Shown here piece by piece: positions 1 through 8,836 of a stretch of DNA of 32,000 nt. The first letter of the stretch is position 1, and each line of letters opens with the position of its first letter. Under the pieces are notes generated by a model. It was not told the origin of the DNA. It was given only the letters and a program-made list of their open reading frames with translations, and did no database searches. Source of the stretch: Candidatus Kuenenia stuttgartensis (GTDB lineage: Bacteria > Planctomycetota > Brocadiia > Brocadiales > Brocadiaceae); contig NZ_LT934425.1 in the NCBI RefSeq assembly GCF_900232105.1, positions 2,550,001 to 2,582,000 on the forward strand. Reading direction: 5' to 3'. The position numbers and the translations under genes were made by a program.

Positions 1-957
1 TTTCCCGGAGTTTGCATTTATTGCCAGATGCCATCCTCCACATACGGAAGCAAACGATCCATCGGGAAACTTTGGTAACAGGGCAACACCTACTTTGTCT
101 TTCAGTGTTATGTCTTCCTGGCATAAATCCCACACATATGTCCAATTCCGCAAAAAAAGTCCCTTACCCTGTTGGAACAAATGCCTTGAAGATTCCTCCA
201 TTAGCTCGCTATAAGTATTTTGTGGAGAGATTTTATATTTCCAGATTAAATCATGCATAAGCTGGAGGGCTGTTTTGTTTTGTGCAGAATCTATCACAGT
301 ATTTCCGGTATCATCAATTATTTGACCATTGTTACTGCCAATAAATTCTATAAAATTGCAAACCAAACCCTCATACTGCTTGCCCTGCCATAAATATCCG
401 TAAACATCCTCCTTTCCTGAAATCTTTTCACATACTGCCACAAACTGATCCCAGTCAACAGGCAGAGGAAGATGATATTTTTCCAGTAAATCTTTCCTAT
501 AATAGAGAAGTCCTATATTAATATTCCAGGGAATTGCATAAAGGGTATTATTGTAAACATTCGTTTTTTCCGTTACAGGAATGAACGCACCTCGTTCTTT
601 GCTGTTAATATAGGCATTCAGAGGCTCAATCCAATGTGCTGATGCGAACTCAGGGATCCAAATGGTATCGATTCGCATAACATCTACATACTTGGTTCCG
701 GCGTCTAAAGTGGAGAGATAATAGTGGTGTTGTTGATCTGAGGGGGAGGGAAGGGCATTTAATTTTACTTTTATTCCATGATTTTCTTTTTCATACGCAG
801 CAATTATTTCTCTGATAAAGGAAATTTCTTTTGTACCTGCGCCAACACTAAAAACAATTTCATCAGTTTTTTCCTGTTTTAAAAATGTATAAACAATCCA
901 AGTCCCTAACAAAAAATATACTGATAATACGGCAATTAGTCTTATATTGAATTTCAA
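1..957 (-). CDS. ABC-transporter extracellular solute-binding protein (family 1, sugar-type), C-terminus cut by the window edge
   Basis: Absent from the ORF track because it runs off the window. The minus-strand frame is open from 957 to 1. TTG at 957-955 is the first start after an in-frame TAA at 975-973. Translation begins LKFNIRLIAVLSVYFLLGTWIVY (membrane anchor or signal). It continues MRIDTIWIPEFASAHWIEPLN, YAIPWNINIGLLYYRKDLLEKY and LRNWTYVW, typical of family-1 periplasmic binding proteins. Confidence 0.7.
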   Translation of the reverse strand, partial: MKFNIRLIAVLSVYFLLGTWIVYTFLKQEKTDEIVFSVGAGTKEISFIREIIAAYEKENHGIKVKLNALPSPSDQQHHYYLSTLDAGTKYVDVMRIDTIWIPEFASAHWIEPLNAYINSKERGAFIPVTEKTNVYNNTLYAIPWNINIGLLYYRKDLLEKYHLPLPVDWDQFVAVCEKISGKEDVYGYLWQGKQYEGLVCNFIEFIGSNNGQIIDDTGNTVIDSAQNKTALQLMHDLIWKYKISPQNTYSELMEESSRHLFQQGKGLFLRNWTYVWDLCQEDITLKDKVGVALLPKFPDGSFASVCGGWHLAINANSGK

Positions 958-1215
958 CTGAAATCTCTGTGTTTACCTATAGACATAGTAGTTTTATCTT
1001 TGGTCTTCTCTCTTGGTGATACTTGTCCGTTCCAACATTTTGAAAATTTAAACATTTGTTTATTGGAGAAAAGAGGCGTTTTTATCCTTAAATTACCATT
1101 ACAGCGACATTTTTATTTCAGAATTGCAGCAATTTTTTGGAAAGAAACAACCCTGTCAGAGTTAATATCCTGCCGGTTTTCGTGCAGAACGTAAGAATAA
1201 AATGTCACAGAGGTA

Positions 1216-1998
1216 CTACCTACTATGCCCGGCAGGACTAACAACCTCTCTCGCCTCCCGATTCCATGCTTTATGTTTTTTAACTAATTCATCCAATTCT
1301 TTTACGTTTAAAATATTTTGTTGCAGGAAATATTCGCCGAAAGGACGCTGAAGCCTCCGCTGTCTTCCCAGAAGTGCCAAATACTGAAAATGTGTTATAA
1401 AACCGTTCCGGCATGCGTATTCAGCGAATTTTTCACGATGGTTTCTTGTTGTCAAGATGTTTCGTATATCTTCAGTCGTTAAAATATTCCAATCTCTTGC
1501 AAGCTGCCCGATAAGCGGTCTTTGCTTCCTCTGCCAAAAAATAGCGGATAGCAATGTCCTCCACGAAATAGCGCCTGAATAATACATATATTGACCAATC
1601 AGTAGTTTCCGCTTTGGAATGCTGCCTTTGTAAAAAAATTCTGTAACATTGTTTTGCTTTTTAGAATGTGCCGTATGCCTTACGGTCTTTTGTACATCCT
1701 CCCTTTGTTTTGTTGTTTTGTTTCCGGCGATAAGCACGTTCGCACTTTGGCTCTTTATGAAAAGATTTAGTCTTTCATACGCCAGAACTATCTCTTTAAA
1801 ATGCTGTATCATATCGGATTCTAACCTTCCCAGCATTTTAGCCCTGTCCGGGTGGGTTTCCAGCACCTTCTTCCTGTAAACCATCCTGAGTTCGGAAGGC
1901 AACATGTTTTGCAAGAAACTGGTGATATTTACAATGTCAGGGCCAAATAACAAACGGCAATCATTGAGAAGTTTTGTTCCGGATATAATATCTGGCAT
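1216..1998 (-). CDS. J-domain (DnaJ-like) protein with four C-terminal MshEN/T2SSE_N-like 24-residue motifs
   Basis: 260-aa ORF. J-domain signature YRKKVLETHPDRAKM with the HPD tripeptide, followed by AYERL. The C-terminal half carries four tandem motifs of the form xLGxxhhxxGhhxxxxLxxxhxxQ (see findings). Confidence 0.75.
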   Translation of the reverse strand: MPDIISGTKLLNDCRLLFGPDIVNITSFLQNMLPSELRMVYRKKVLETHPDRAKMLGRLESDMIQHFKEIVLAYERLNLFIKSQSANVLIAGNKTTKQREDVQKTVRHTAHSKKQNNVTEFFYKGSIPKRKLLIGQYMYYSGAISWRTLLSAIFWQRKQRPLIGQLARDWNILTTEDIRNILTTRNHREKFAEYACRNGFITHFQYLALLGRQRRLQRPFGEYFLQQNILNVKELDELVKKHKAWNREAREVVSPAGHSR

Positions 1999-2191
1999 TA
2001 TTTCCCCTTTATCATATTATCACTGCTTGGTATACAGGAAATAAAAAACATACAGGATTTTGTCGTTACAATAAAAGAATTTTTTTGCCTTGTCAAGCCA
2101 TAAAACATTTTACTTCATATGGCCAGGCACTATTAAATTGCAGGAACGCGTGCGTCTCTACTTTTTGGTTGCGGCCTTGCTGCGCTATGCA

Positions 2192-2416
2192 TTATGCCTT
2201 TGACGTCCGACAATTATTCCAGAGCTTCGGAAGGGAAAGATATGCTTCGTATCCCTTTATCTTCCGGTCGTTTTTTCCATTCCTCTTTTGCGGCAGAAAT
2301 TGTTGCCCCTCGGCTTCTAACCGGTTAATTATTCTGTACAGTGTCGGTAGCGAGATGATAATGTTCTCCTCCTTCAGCAAGTCCTGTATCTCTTTTTTAC
2401 CGGCTCGAAAATAAGA
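2192..2416 (-). pseudogene. Transposase N-terminal helix-turn-helix fragment (IS630/IS481 style), no catalytic domain
   Basis: Frame is open from 2416 to the stop at 2192. It reads SYFRAGKKEIQDLLKEENIIISLPTLYRIINRLEAEGQQFLPQKRNGKNDRK, which resembles the HTH plus 'G..L..k.R.Gr.rk' N-termini of IS transposases. About 70 aa only, with nothing DDE-like downstream. Confidence 0.35.
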
Positions 2417-2509
2417 CTACAAAAAATAGCTCAAACACAGGTACCGCAATATGATATGGCTATAAAACCATTTTCATAGTTTCTGGGTGTTGCAAATGCA
2501 AAATGATGA
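2404..2509. repeat. 106-bp direct repeat, copy 1
   Basis: Ungapped hand alignment with 2834-2939 (offset exactly 430 bp) gives 90 of 106 identical positions. The 3' half (2451-2509) differs at only 4 positions. Confidence 0.85.
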
Positions 2510-2558
2510 AGGAAGACTTATTTTGTCATTACAATTGCATCAGCTTGTCATTGCAAGG

Positions 2559-2774
2559 GGTCTCAGCTTGTCATTGCGAGGGCTTTTTCCGAAGCAATCA
2601 GTATACTACGAGATATTTCGTAACGTAAGAAACGCCATATCGCGGGAGAAGCAAATTAAGGGTGGCTCAAGGGCTAAAAAAATAGAATTAATTAATGAAT
2701 ACAGGATGGAAGGGTCTCTATGACGGTTTATGAGATTGCTTCGGAAAAAGCTCTCGCAATGACAAGCTGAGACC
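2559..2774. repeat. Cassette bounded by 41-bp terminal inverted repeats (2559-2599 and 2734-2774)
   Basis: The left arm is ggtctcagcttgtcattgcgagggctttttccgaagcaatc. The reverse complement of the right arm is ggtctcagcttgtcattgcgagagctttttccgaagcaatc, so 40 of 41 positions match. A partial tandem copy of the arm start (cagcttgtcattgcaagg) lies at 2541-2558. Confidence 0.85.
2598..2723 (+). pseudogene. GIY-YIG nuclease family, C-terminal remnant only
   Basis: Translation SVYYEIFRNVRNAISREKQIKGGSRAKKIELINE matches the conserved C-terminal half of small GIY-YIG (URI-domain) proteins (..vyyE.f.....A..REkqiKgwsR.kK..LI). The N-terminal GIY and YIG motifs are missing and replaced by the left inverted repeat. 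Confidence 0.5.
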
Positions 2775-2833
2775 TTTTGGATGGCCATATATATTTGAAC
2801 CGGTACAGAAACAGAAATGCCAGATGTTTCCAA

Positions 2834-2939
2834 CTCGAAAGTAAGACTAGAAAAAATAGTTTAAGTACATATATTACAACATGATATGGTTATAAAATCA
2901 TTTTCATCGTTTCTGGGTGTTGCAAATGCAACATGATGA
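2834..2939. repeat. 106-bp direct repeat, copy 2
   Basis: See copy 1 (2404-2509). Confidence 0.85.
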
Positions 2940-2978
2940 CTGTTTACAAAATATATTTCGAGTAATACTTTTATCCTG

Positions 2979-3198
2979 TCAGTTGTTTCTCTGGGTATCT
3001 ATAAGCACCTTTTCTGCTTTGGCCTGCGGGATTTTTTCATCCTCAAGGGAAGAGGGGTCGCCCGGACGATAACGCTTCTTCCTCCGGTAAAACGTATCGG
3101 GAGAAATACCAAAATGCCTGCACGTTTTTCTCGCATTTGTCCCGCATTTTTCGTAATACTCAAACCATGCATGTCTTTTTTTGGGCTTCTTCTGACAT
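2979..3198 (-). pseudogene. IS481/IS3-type transposase N-terminal HTH fragment, frameshifted and truncated
   Basis: The minus frame ending at TGA (2981-2979) reads KKRHAWFEYYEKCGTNARKTCRHFGISPDTFYRRKKRYRPGDPSSLEDEKIP. The only ATG (3198-3196, MSEEAQKK) is in another frame. The two frames meet at an A7 run (cccaaaaaaagac). No DDE domain follows. Confidence 0.5.
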
Positions 3199-3397
3199 TT
3201 CTATGCTTTTTCTAAAACCCCTGTTTTCCTCGGTCTGGCAAAACATCTGACCATACCGGAGTTTATAATGTATAGGCTTAATGCACACAAAGAGAAAATA
3301 ATTTGACTTATTTCTTCAAATATACTAGATTAATCCCCTAATTTCCTGTCAAATAAATACTTATTTACTTCCTTTACCGTTAATATCGAATAGCATT

Positions 3398-4810
3398 TTG
3401 CCGGCATTGTCTATGAAATCCTGTACTGCCAGTAAATCCGAAATAACGAACCTGCTTGCCCCATTAAGAAAATGTTTAGGGGAAAAAAACGTCCTTATTG
3501 CCCTTGAAGACCGGATATGCTATGCATACGACGGCTCAAAACAAAAATACCTTCCCGATATTGTTGTGCGGCCGCAGACGACGCAACACGTTGTGGAAGC
3601 GGTGCGGCTCGCAAATGAACATGAAATTCCGGTTTATCCGCGTGGAGCCGGCTCAGGACTTACCGGCGGCGCGGTTCCTGTCTTTGGCGGCATGGTATTA
3701 GACTTTGCCCAAATGAACCGTATCCTGGAAATCGTTCCGGAAGACCTTGTTGCCACCGTAGAACCCGGCGTTGTTACACAAACATTACAAACAGAAGCTG
3801 CCAAATATAATCTTTTTTATCCCCCTGACCCTGCAAGTGCAGCATTCTCTACTATCGGGGGTAATGTGGCGGAATGCGCTGGTGGGATCACCGGTTTAAA
3901 ATACGGCGTAACAAGGGATTACATCCTTGCACTGGAAGTGGTTCTTGCCGACGGAAGTGTTATTAATACCGGACGCAAAACGCTTAAGAGCGTTACCGGA
4001 TATGATATCACCCGGCTCCTTGTTGGTTCTGAGGGTACGCTTGGTATTTTTACAAGAATCACAGTAAAACTGATTCCATTGCCGGAAAAAATTGAAACGC
4101 TTCTCGTTTTTTTCCCTACGCCAAAAGACGCCGTGGAATCAGCAAGTACCATCATCTCTCACAATATTCTGCCCCGTGCACTTGAATTTATTGACAAATC
4201 AAGCATCGATTGCATCAAAGGATACCGGCAGGAAATCGAATTGCCGGAAGATGCAAACGCAATCCTTATCATAGATATTGACGGGGAAGAAAAAAGCGTT
4301 CAAAAAGGAATTGCACGGGTAAAAACGTTTGTTTCAGAACACCGCGCAATTAAGATTATCGCCGCAAGTGATGCGAAAGAGCGCAATGACCTCTGGGAGG
4401 TTCGGCGCATTCTTTCGCCCGCTCTTTATAAAATCGCACCGTATAAAATCAATGAGGACATTTGTGTTCCCCGAAGCCGGATATTAGAAATACTTCACGC
4501 TATTAACGACACGAACTCCCGTTACCCTCGCCTGAAGGCTGCAAATTTCGGACATATCGGGGATGGCAATATCCATGTAAATGTTATGTATGAGGAAGAA
4601 GGGGACCGTCCGTTTGCGGAAAAAATGATTGATGAAATTATCCGCAGCACTATCAGGTTAGGTGGAACCATTTCCGGAGAACACGGCATTGGAAATGTAA
4701 AATCAAAATTCCTGCCGCTTGAAATAGCGCCGCAGGAATTGCAGATTATGAAAGATATCAAACGCTTGTTTGACCCAAAAGGAATATTAAATCCGGGCAA
4801 ATTTTTTTAA
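3398..4810 (+). CDS. FAD-linked oxidase of the GlcD / D-lactate dehydrogenase family
   Basis: 470-aa ORF with the PCMH-type FAD-binding motif PRGAGSGLTGGAVP and the C-terminal SGEHGIG motif. The track start is TTG 3398; an in-frame ATG at 3413 is an alternative. Confidence 0.85.
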   Translation: MPALSMKSCTASKSEITNLLAPLRKCLGEKNVLIALEDRICYAYDGSKQKYLPDIVVRPQTTQHVVEAVRLANEHEIPVYPRGAGSGLTGGAVPVFGGMVLDFAQMNRILEIVPEDLVATVEPGVVTQTLQTEAAKYNLFYPPDPASAAFSTIGGNVAECAGGITGLKYGVTRDYILALEVVLADGSVINTGRKTLKSVTGYDITRLLVGSEGTLGIFTRITVKLIPLPEKIETLLVFFPTPKDAVESASTIISHNILPRALEFIDKSSIDCIKGYRQEIELPEDANAILIIDIDGEEKSVQKGIARVKTFVSEHRAIKIIAASDAKERNDLWEVRRILSPALYKIAPYKINEDICVPRSRILEILHAINDTNSRYPRLKAANFGHIGDGNIHVNVMYEEEGDRPFAEKMIDEIIRSTIRLGGTISGEHGIGNVKSKFLPLEIAPQELQIMKDIKRLFDPKGILNPGKFF

Positions 4811-5019
4811 TAATTACACTGCCCATTCCCGGTCTCCGGTTTAGGACCTCTGATTTCTGTACATATTTAGATTAATTTGGCGTTTTACGTTAGCGCTTAT
4901 GGGGCGAAGCTACCTGCTATACTAAACTGATTCACTACTTATAAACACTTCGGGTTGAGCAGTGTCTTCCATTTTATATATGTTTTCATTTTTTGTTTAG
5001 AGAAGGAGTCTTTTTTTTT

Positions 5020-6195
5020 ATGGTATTATCAAGAGTTGCGCGAGAGATACAAGCATCAGCCACCCTTGCCATTACCGCCAAGGCAAAACAATTGGCCGCT
5101 GAAGGCAAAGATGTAATTGGTTTTGGCGCCGGAGAACCGGATTTTGACACGCCGGAAAATATTAAAAACGCTGCCATAAAAGCTATTAAAAACGGCTTTA
5201 CCAAATATACCCCCACTTCCGGTGTGCCAAAATTAAAAGAGGCGATCTGTGAAAAACTTTTTAACGACAACCACCTGAAATACGCCTCATCACAAATTCT
5301 TGTTTCCGCAGGGGCAAAACAATCTATTTGCAATATAGCACTCGTTCTATGCGATACCGGAGACGAAGCAATCATACCCTCCCCTTATTGGGTTAGTTAT
5401 CCGGAAATGGTGACATTGGCAGGGGCAAAGCCCGTTTTCCTGGAAACGACTGACAAAGATAGTTTTAAGATTACGAAGGAATCCCTGGCGAAGGTTATTA
5501 CGCCCAAATCGAAACTACTTTTTTTGAACAGCCCTTCCAACCCTACCGGCATGGTTTATACAGAAGAGGAATTGCGGGAAATAGTTATGTTTGCCGTTGA
5601 AAAGGGACTATATGTAATTTCCGATGAAATCTATGAAAAAATTCTTTATGATGGTGCTGCGCATTTCAGCCCGGCGGCGATTAATGACGACTGCTATAAT
5701 AAAGTTGTAACGGTAAATGGGTTTTCAAAAGTCTATTCAATGACCGGCTGGCGTCTGGGCTATGCCGCGGGACCTGAAAAAATAATTAAAGCGGCAACCA
5801 ATATTCAGGATCATACCACTTCCGGTGCAAATTCTATTACCCAGCTTGCAGGACTTGAAGCCCTTCGTGGCAGTCAGGAGTCGGTAACCGTCATGGTGAA
5901 AGAATTTGACCGGCGCAGGAAATATATCGTAGAAAGACTTAATACCATAAAAGGCATTTCCTGCTTATTGCCGCAAGGGGCTTTTTATGCCTTCCCCAAT
6001 GTATCCCGTCTTTGTGAAAACCTCTCCTTAAAAGGTTCTTTTGATCTCGTCTCTCTCCTGCTAGAAAAGGCACACATTGCATTTGTTCCCGGTGCTCCTT
6101 TCGGTGCTGACGCACACATAAGGATTTCATATGCAACGTCAATGGAGAATATTGAAAAAGGGATGGATAGGTTTGAGAAATTCCTAAATACCTAA
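5020..6195 (+). CDS. Class I PLP-dependent aminotransferase (aspartate aminotransferase-like)
   Basis: Motifs NSPSNPTGMVY and GFSKVYSMTGWRLGY (PLP lysine context). ATG 5020 is preferred over the track's TTG 4993 because GAAGGAG (5002-5008) lies just upstream of it. Confidence 0.9.
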   Translation: MVLSRVAREIQASATLAITAKAKQLAAEGKDVIGFGAGEPDFDTPENIKNAAIKAIKNGFTKYTPTSGVPKLKEAICEKLFNDNHLKYASSQILVSAGAKQSICNIALVLCDTGDEAIIPSPYWVSYPEMVTLAGAKPVFLETTDKDSFKITKESLAKVITPKSKLLFLNSPSNPTGMVYTEEELREIVMFAVEKGLYVISDEIYEKILYDGAAHFSPAAINDDCYNKVVTVNGFSKVYSMTGWRLGYAAGPEKIIKAATNIQDHTTSGANSITQLAGLEALRGSQESVTVMVKEFDRRRKYIVERLNTIKGISCLLPQGAFYAFPNVSRLCENLSLKGSFDLVSLLLEKAHIAFVPGAPFGADAHIRISYATSMENIEKGMDRFEKFLNT

Positions 6196-6291
6196 ACCGG
6201 GACAAACAGAACCAAACAAGCACGAAAACAGTCCTCGGTCCTCAATAGGCAATCGGCCGACCGCCGACTGTAGGAGTGTCAACAACAAATA

Positions 6292-6579
6292 GTAAAGGCC
6301 TTTGGTGTTTTAGCAATAAGTGTGAAGCTGAGTGTAAAGCGGCTAAGAGAACATGGTCCGAAGGGATTTTTTCGTCAGGCAGTGCGAACAATGTCCGCCC
6401 ACCTGCTTACACCTGAGGTAAGAGAAAAGGTATAAAAGCGACTGGACAGAGGGCAGGGTGTTTCTGAAACAGGCAAGAAATTAAATATCAATTCAAGTAC
6501 GATTCACAAAGCAATCCAAAGCAGACAGTTAGAGAAAAAAAACGGCAGAAGGCTTTCGGGGGCAAAGAAACAAAAGTGA
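6292..6579 (+). pseudogene. Transposase N-terminal HTH remnant with an internal in-frame stop
   Basis: The frame reads VKAFGVLAISVKLSVKRLREHGPKGFFRQAVRTMSAHLLTPEVREKV*KRLDRGQGVSETGKKLNINSSTIHKAIQSRQLEKK. There is a TAA at 6433-6435 and an end TGA at 6577-6579. Two HTH-like segments, no start codon and no catalytic domain. Confidence 0.4.
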
Positions 6580-6752
6580 ACGTGCGGTGATCTATAGTCG
6601 TGCCGGTATGGGTATTGGATGTATGCTGGAATAAGCGTAAGCCGCAGGATAAATAGCATGCGAGCGGGTATGGAAAAGAATCTAAGGCTTAAAATGACTT
6701 TTGATATGCTGAAATCACGAACCAAGAGGTGATACAGACCTACTGCGCCTAC

Positions 6753-8834
6753 TCATTCGCAGGTGTTCGTCAAATAAATATCCCTATCGATCCGTACTCC
6801 GGCAGTCGGACAAACATTAACACACTCCTCGCAACCATCGCAGTGAGTCTCGCCTAAAGGAATATTTATCATGGGAGTAATGCGTGTTGAAAATCCCCTT
6901 CCCGCATCGCCCAATATATAGCATTTTTTAACTTCATCGCAGGCCCTCACACAAGCATTGCAATTTATACACTTATGTATTTCCATCTTTATTTTTTCAT
7001 GGGAATAATCGGTTTTGTAAGTTCTTCTCTCACCTACATATAAGTTCTGATCAGCCTGGTATTTCTGAGAATGCTTCTTTAACGAACAAATGTCCACTAC
7101 ATTACATCCACATTCCAGGCATCTATTCGCCTCATTTGTCATCTCATCTCTGGTAAAACTACATTCGACTTCTTCAAAATTGCCAAGGCGTTTTTCAACC
7201 GGCAGCAAATCGATTTCTTTTCTTGTAACAGGTTTAAAAGATTCAAACATTTCAGCGGGCAAAGTATCCAGGTCGCCCGGATAGGAACTGAAGCGGATTT
7301 TTTCTCCCACCACCTCTTCCCCGTTAAGAAATTGATTTATTGACTGTGCGGCCTTTCTTGCATCTGCAACTGCACGAACGGCAAGATCAGGCCCTTTGTA
7401 ACAATCTCCGGCAACAAAAATTCTTGGGTCTGCAACTGTTTGGTAGCTGTTTCCTTTTGTATCGAACATGCCCCATTTATTCACCGCCTTGTTTTTAACA
7501 AAAGAAAAGTCCGTTTTCTGGCCAATGGCCATAATAATCGAATCTGCCTCAATTGCAAATTCACTGCCTTCTAAGGTGACGGGGCGCCTTCTTCCGCTCT
7601 CATCGGGTTCACTCAGTTCCATCTTTACGCAGATTATTTTAAGGCCTTTGCCAGATTTTTCTATTTTTATGGGATTGGTTAATACCTGAATATCCACCCC
7701 CTCGTCATAGGCATCCCGGACTTCGGCATGATGGGCGGGCATTTCTTTTTCTGTACGCCGATACACAATAGTTGCTTTTGCTCCCAACCTCACAGAAGCC
7801 CTTGCGGCGTCCATTGCTGTGCTTCCTCCCCCAGCAACAACCACACGCCTTCCAATATTTACAGGTTCATATTTAGCAAGTTTTTCCAGCAAATCTATGC
7901 CAGAAAAAACTCCTGGCAAATCCTCTCCTTCTATATTCATATACGATGCCCTGGAAGCCCCCACAGCCAGGAGGATTGCGTCAGAATCCTGCATGATTTT
8001 TTCAAAATCAATATCCTTCCCTACCTCCGTATTATAATGAATAGTGACGTCTAGCTGGTTTATTATGGCGTCTCCTTCCAAATCCATAACTTTTTCTGGA
8101 AGCCTGTAGTATGGGATTCCGTAACGTAACATTCCTCCATGTTTCGGATGGCGTTCGTAGATAGTTACTTCATGCCCTTGTAATCTGAGATAGTATGCTG
8201 CGGAAAGACCGGCAGGTCCCGCCCCTATAATCGTTACCTTTTTGCCTGAAGATTTTTGAGGTGTTTTCGGCAAAAAGGGGCCGCCTTCTTTTTCTTCCAT
8301 TTCAGAAATATAGCGCTTTTGAATGCCAATTAATATCGGTTTATCCACTTTTTGACGGCGGCAAACTTCCTCGCATGGCCTTGGACAAACACGTCCCAAA
8401 ACATTTGGGAAAGGTGCCTTTTCCCGAATAAGATTCGCCGCTTCTTTATACAGCCCCCTTGCTTCTAAAAAAAGGAAACCTTGTATATTGATATTAGCAG
8501 GACAGCCTTTTTGGTTGCATGGCGCATAACAATCGCCAAAATGATCTGAAAGGAGTAAATCCAGCGCAGCCTTCCGTGATGCCCGGACCTTTTCGTTTTC
8601 CAGTTCCACCACCATGCCATTTTCCAATTTAGTGGAACAAGATGGCACCATACCCCCACGACCGCTTTTCTGCTCTACCGTACAAACCCAACAACTTCCG
8701 TAATGCGATATTTTATCATTATGGCAAAGAGTCGGGATTTCCACCCCCAGCGATTTCGCCGCATCATATATGGTCATACCAGTATCAAACTGGTAATCCT
8801 TTCCATCGATAGTAACGTTGACTTTGTTTGACAT
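6753..8834 (-). CDS. Multidomain iron-sulfur flavoprotein: N-terminal [2Fe-2S] ferredoxin, GltD/NfnB-like NAD(P)H oxidoreductase, C-terminal 2x[4Fe-4S]
   Basis: 693 aa. N-terminus CHNDKISHYGSCWVCTVE (NuoG-type 2Fe-2S). CPRPCEEVCRR (GltD Fe-S site). KKVTIIGAGPAGLSAAYYL and VVVAGGGSTAMDAA (two dinucleotide folds). C-terminal CINCNACVRACDE and CDGCEECVNVCPTAG. Confidence 0.85.
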   Translation of the reverse strand: MSNKVNVTIDGKDYQFDTGMTIYDAAKSLGVEIPTLCHNDKISHYGSCWVCTVEQKSGRGGMVPSCSTKLENGMVVELENEKVRASRKAALDLLLSDHFGDCYAPCNQKGCPANINIQGFLFLEARGLYKEAANLIREKAPFPNVLGRVCPRPCEEVCRRQKVDKPILIGIQKRYISEMEEKEGGPFLPKTPQKSSGKKVTIIGAGPAGLSAAYYLRLQGHEVTIYERHPKHGGMLRYGIPYYRLPEKVMDLEGDAIINQLDVTIHYNTEVGKDIDFEKIMQDSDAILLAVGASRASYMNIEGEDLPGVFSGIDLLEKLAKYEPVNIGRRVVVAGGGSTAMDAARASVRLGAKATIVYRRTEKEMPAHHAEVRDAYDEGVDIQVLTNPIKIEKSGKGLKIICVKMELSEPDESGRRRPVTLEGSEFAIEADSIIMAIGQKTDFSFVKNKAVNKWGMFDTKGNSYQTVADPRIFVAGDCYKGPDLAVRAVADARKAAQSINQFLNGEEVVGEKIRFSSYPGDLDTLPAEMFESFKPVTRKEIDLLPVEKRLGNFEEVECSFTRDEMTNEANRCLECGCNVVDICSLKKHSQKYQADQNLYVGERRTYKTDYSHEKIKMEIHKCINCNACVRACDEVKKCYILGDAGRGFSTRITPMINIPLGETHCDGCEECVNVCPTAGVRIDRDIYLTNTCE

Positions 8835-8836
8835 AA

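Noticed and set aside
12-260. 82-aa plus-strand ORF at the left edge
   Set aside because: It is antisense to the well-supported partial solute-binding protein gene (1-957, minus).
2481-2500. Sigma-54-like ctgggtgttgcaaatgca in both 106-bp repeats
   Set aside because: The spacing between GG and GC does not fit the -24/-12 geometry in either register.
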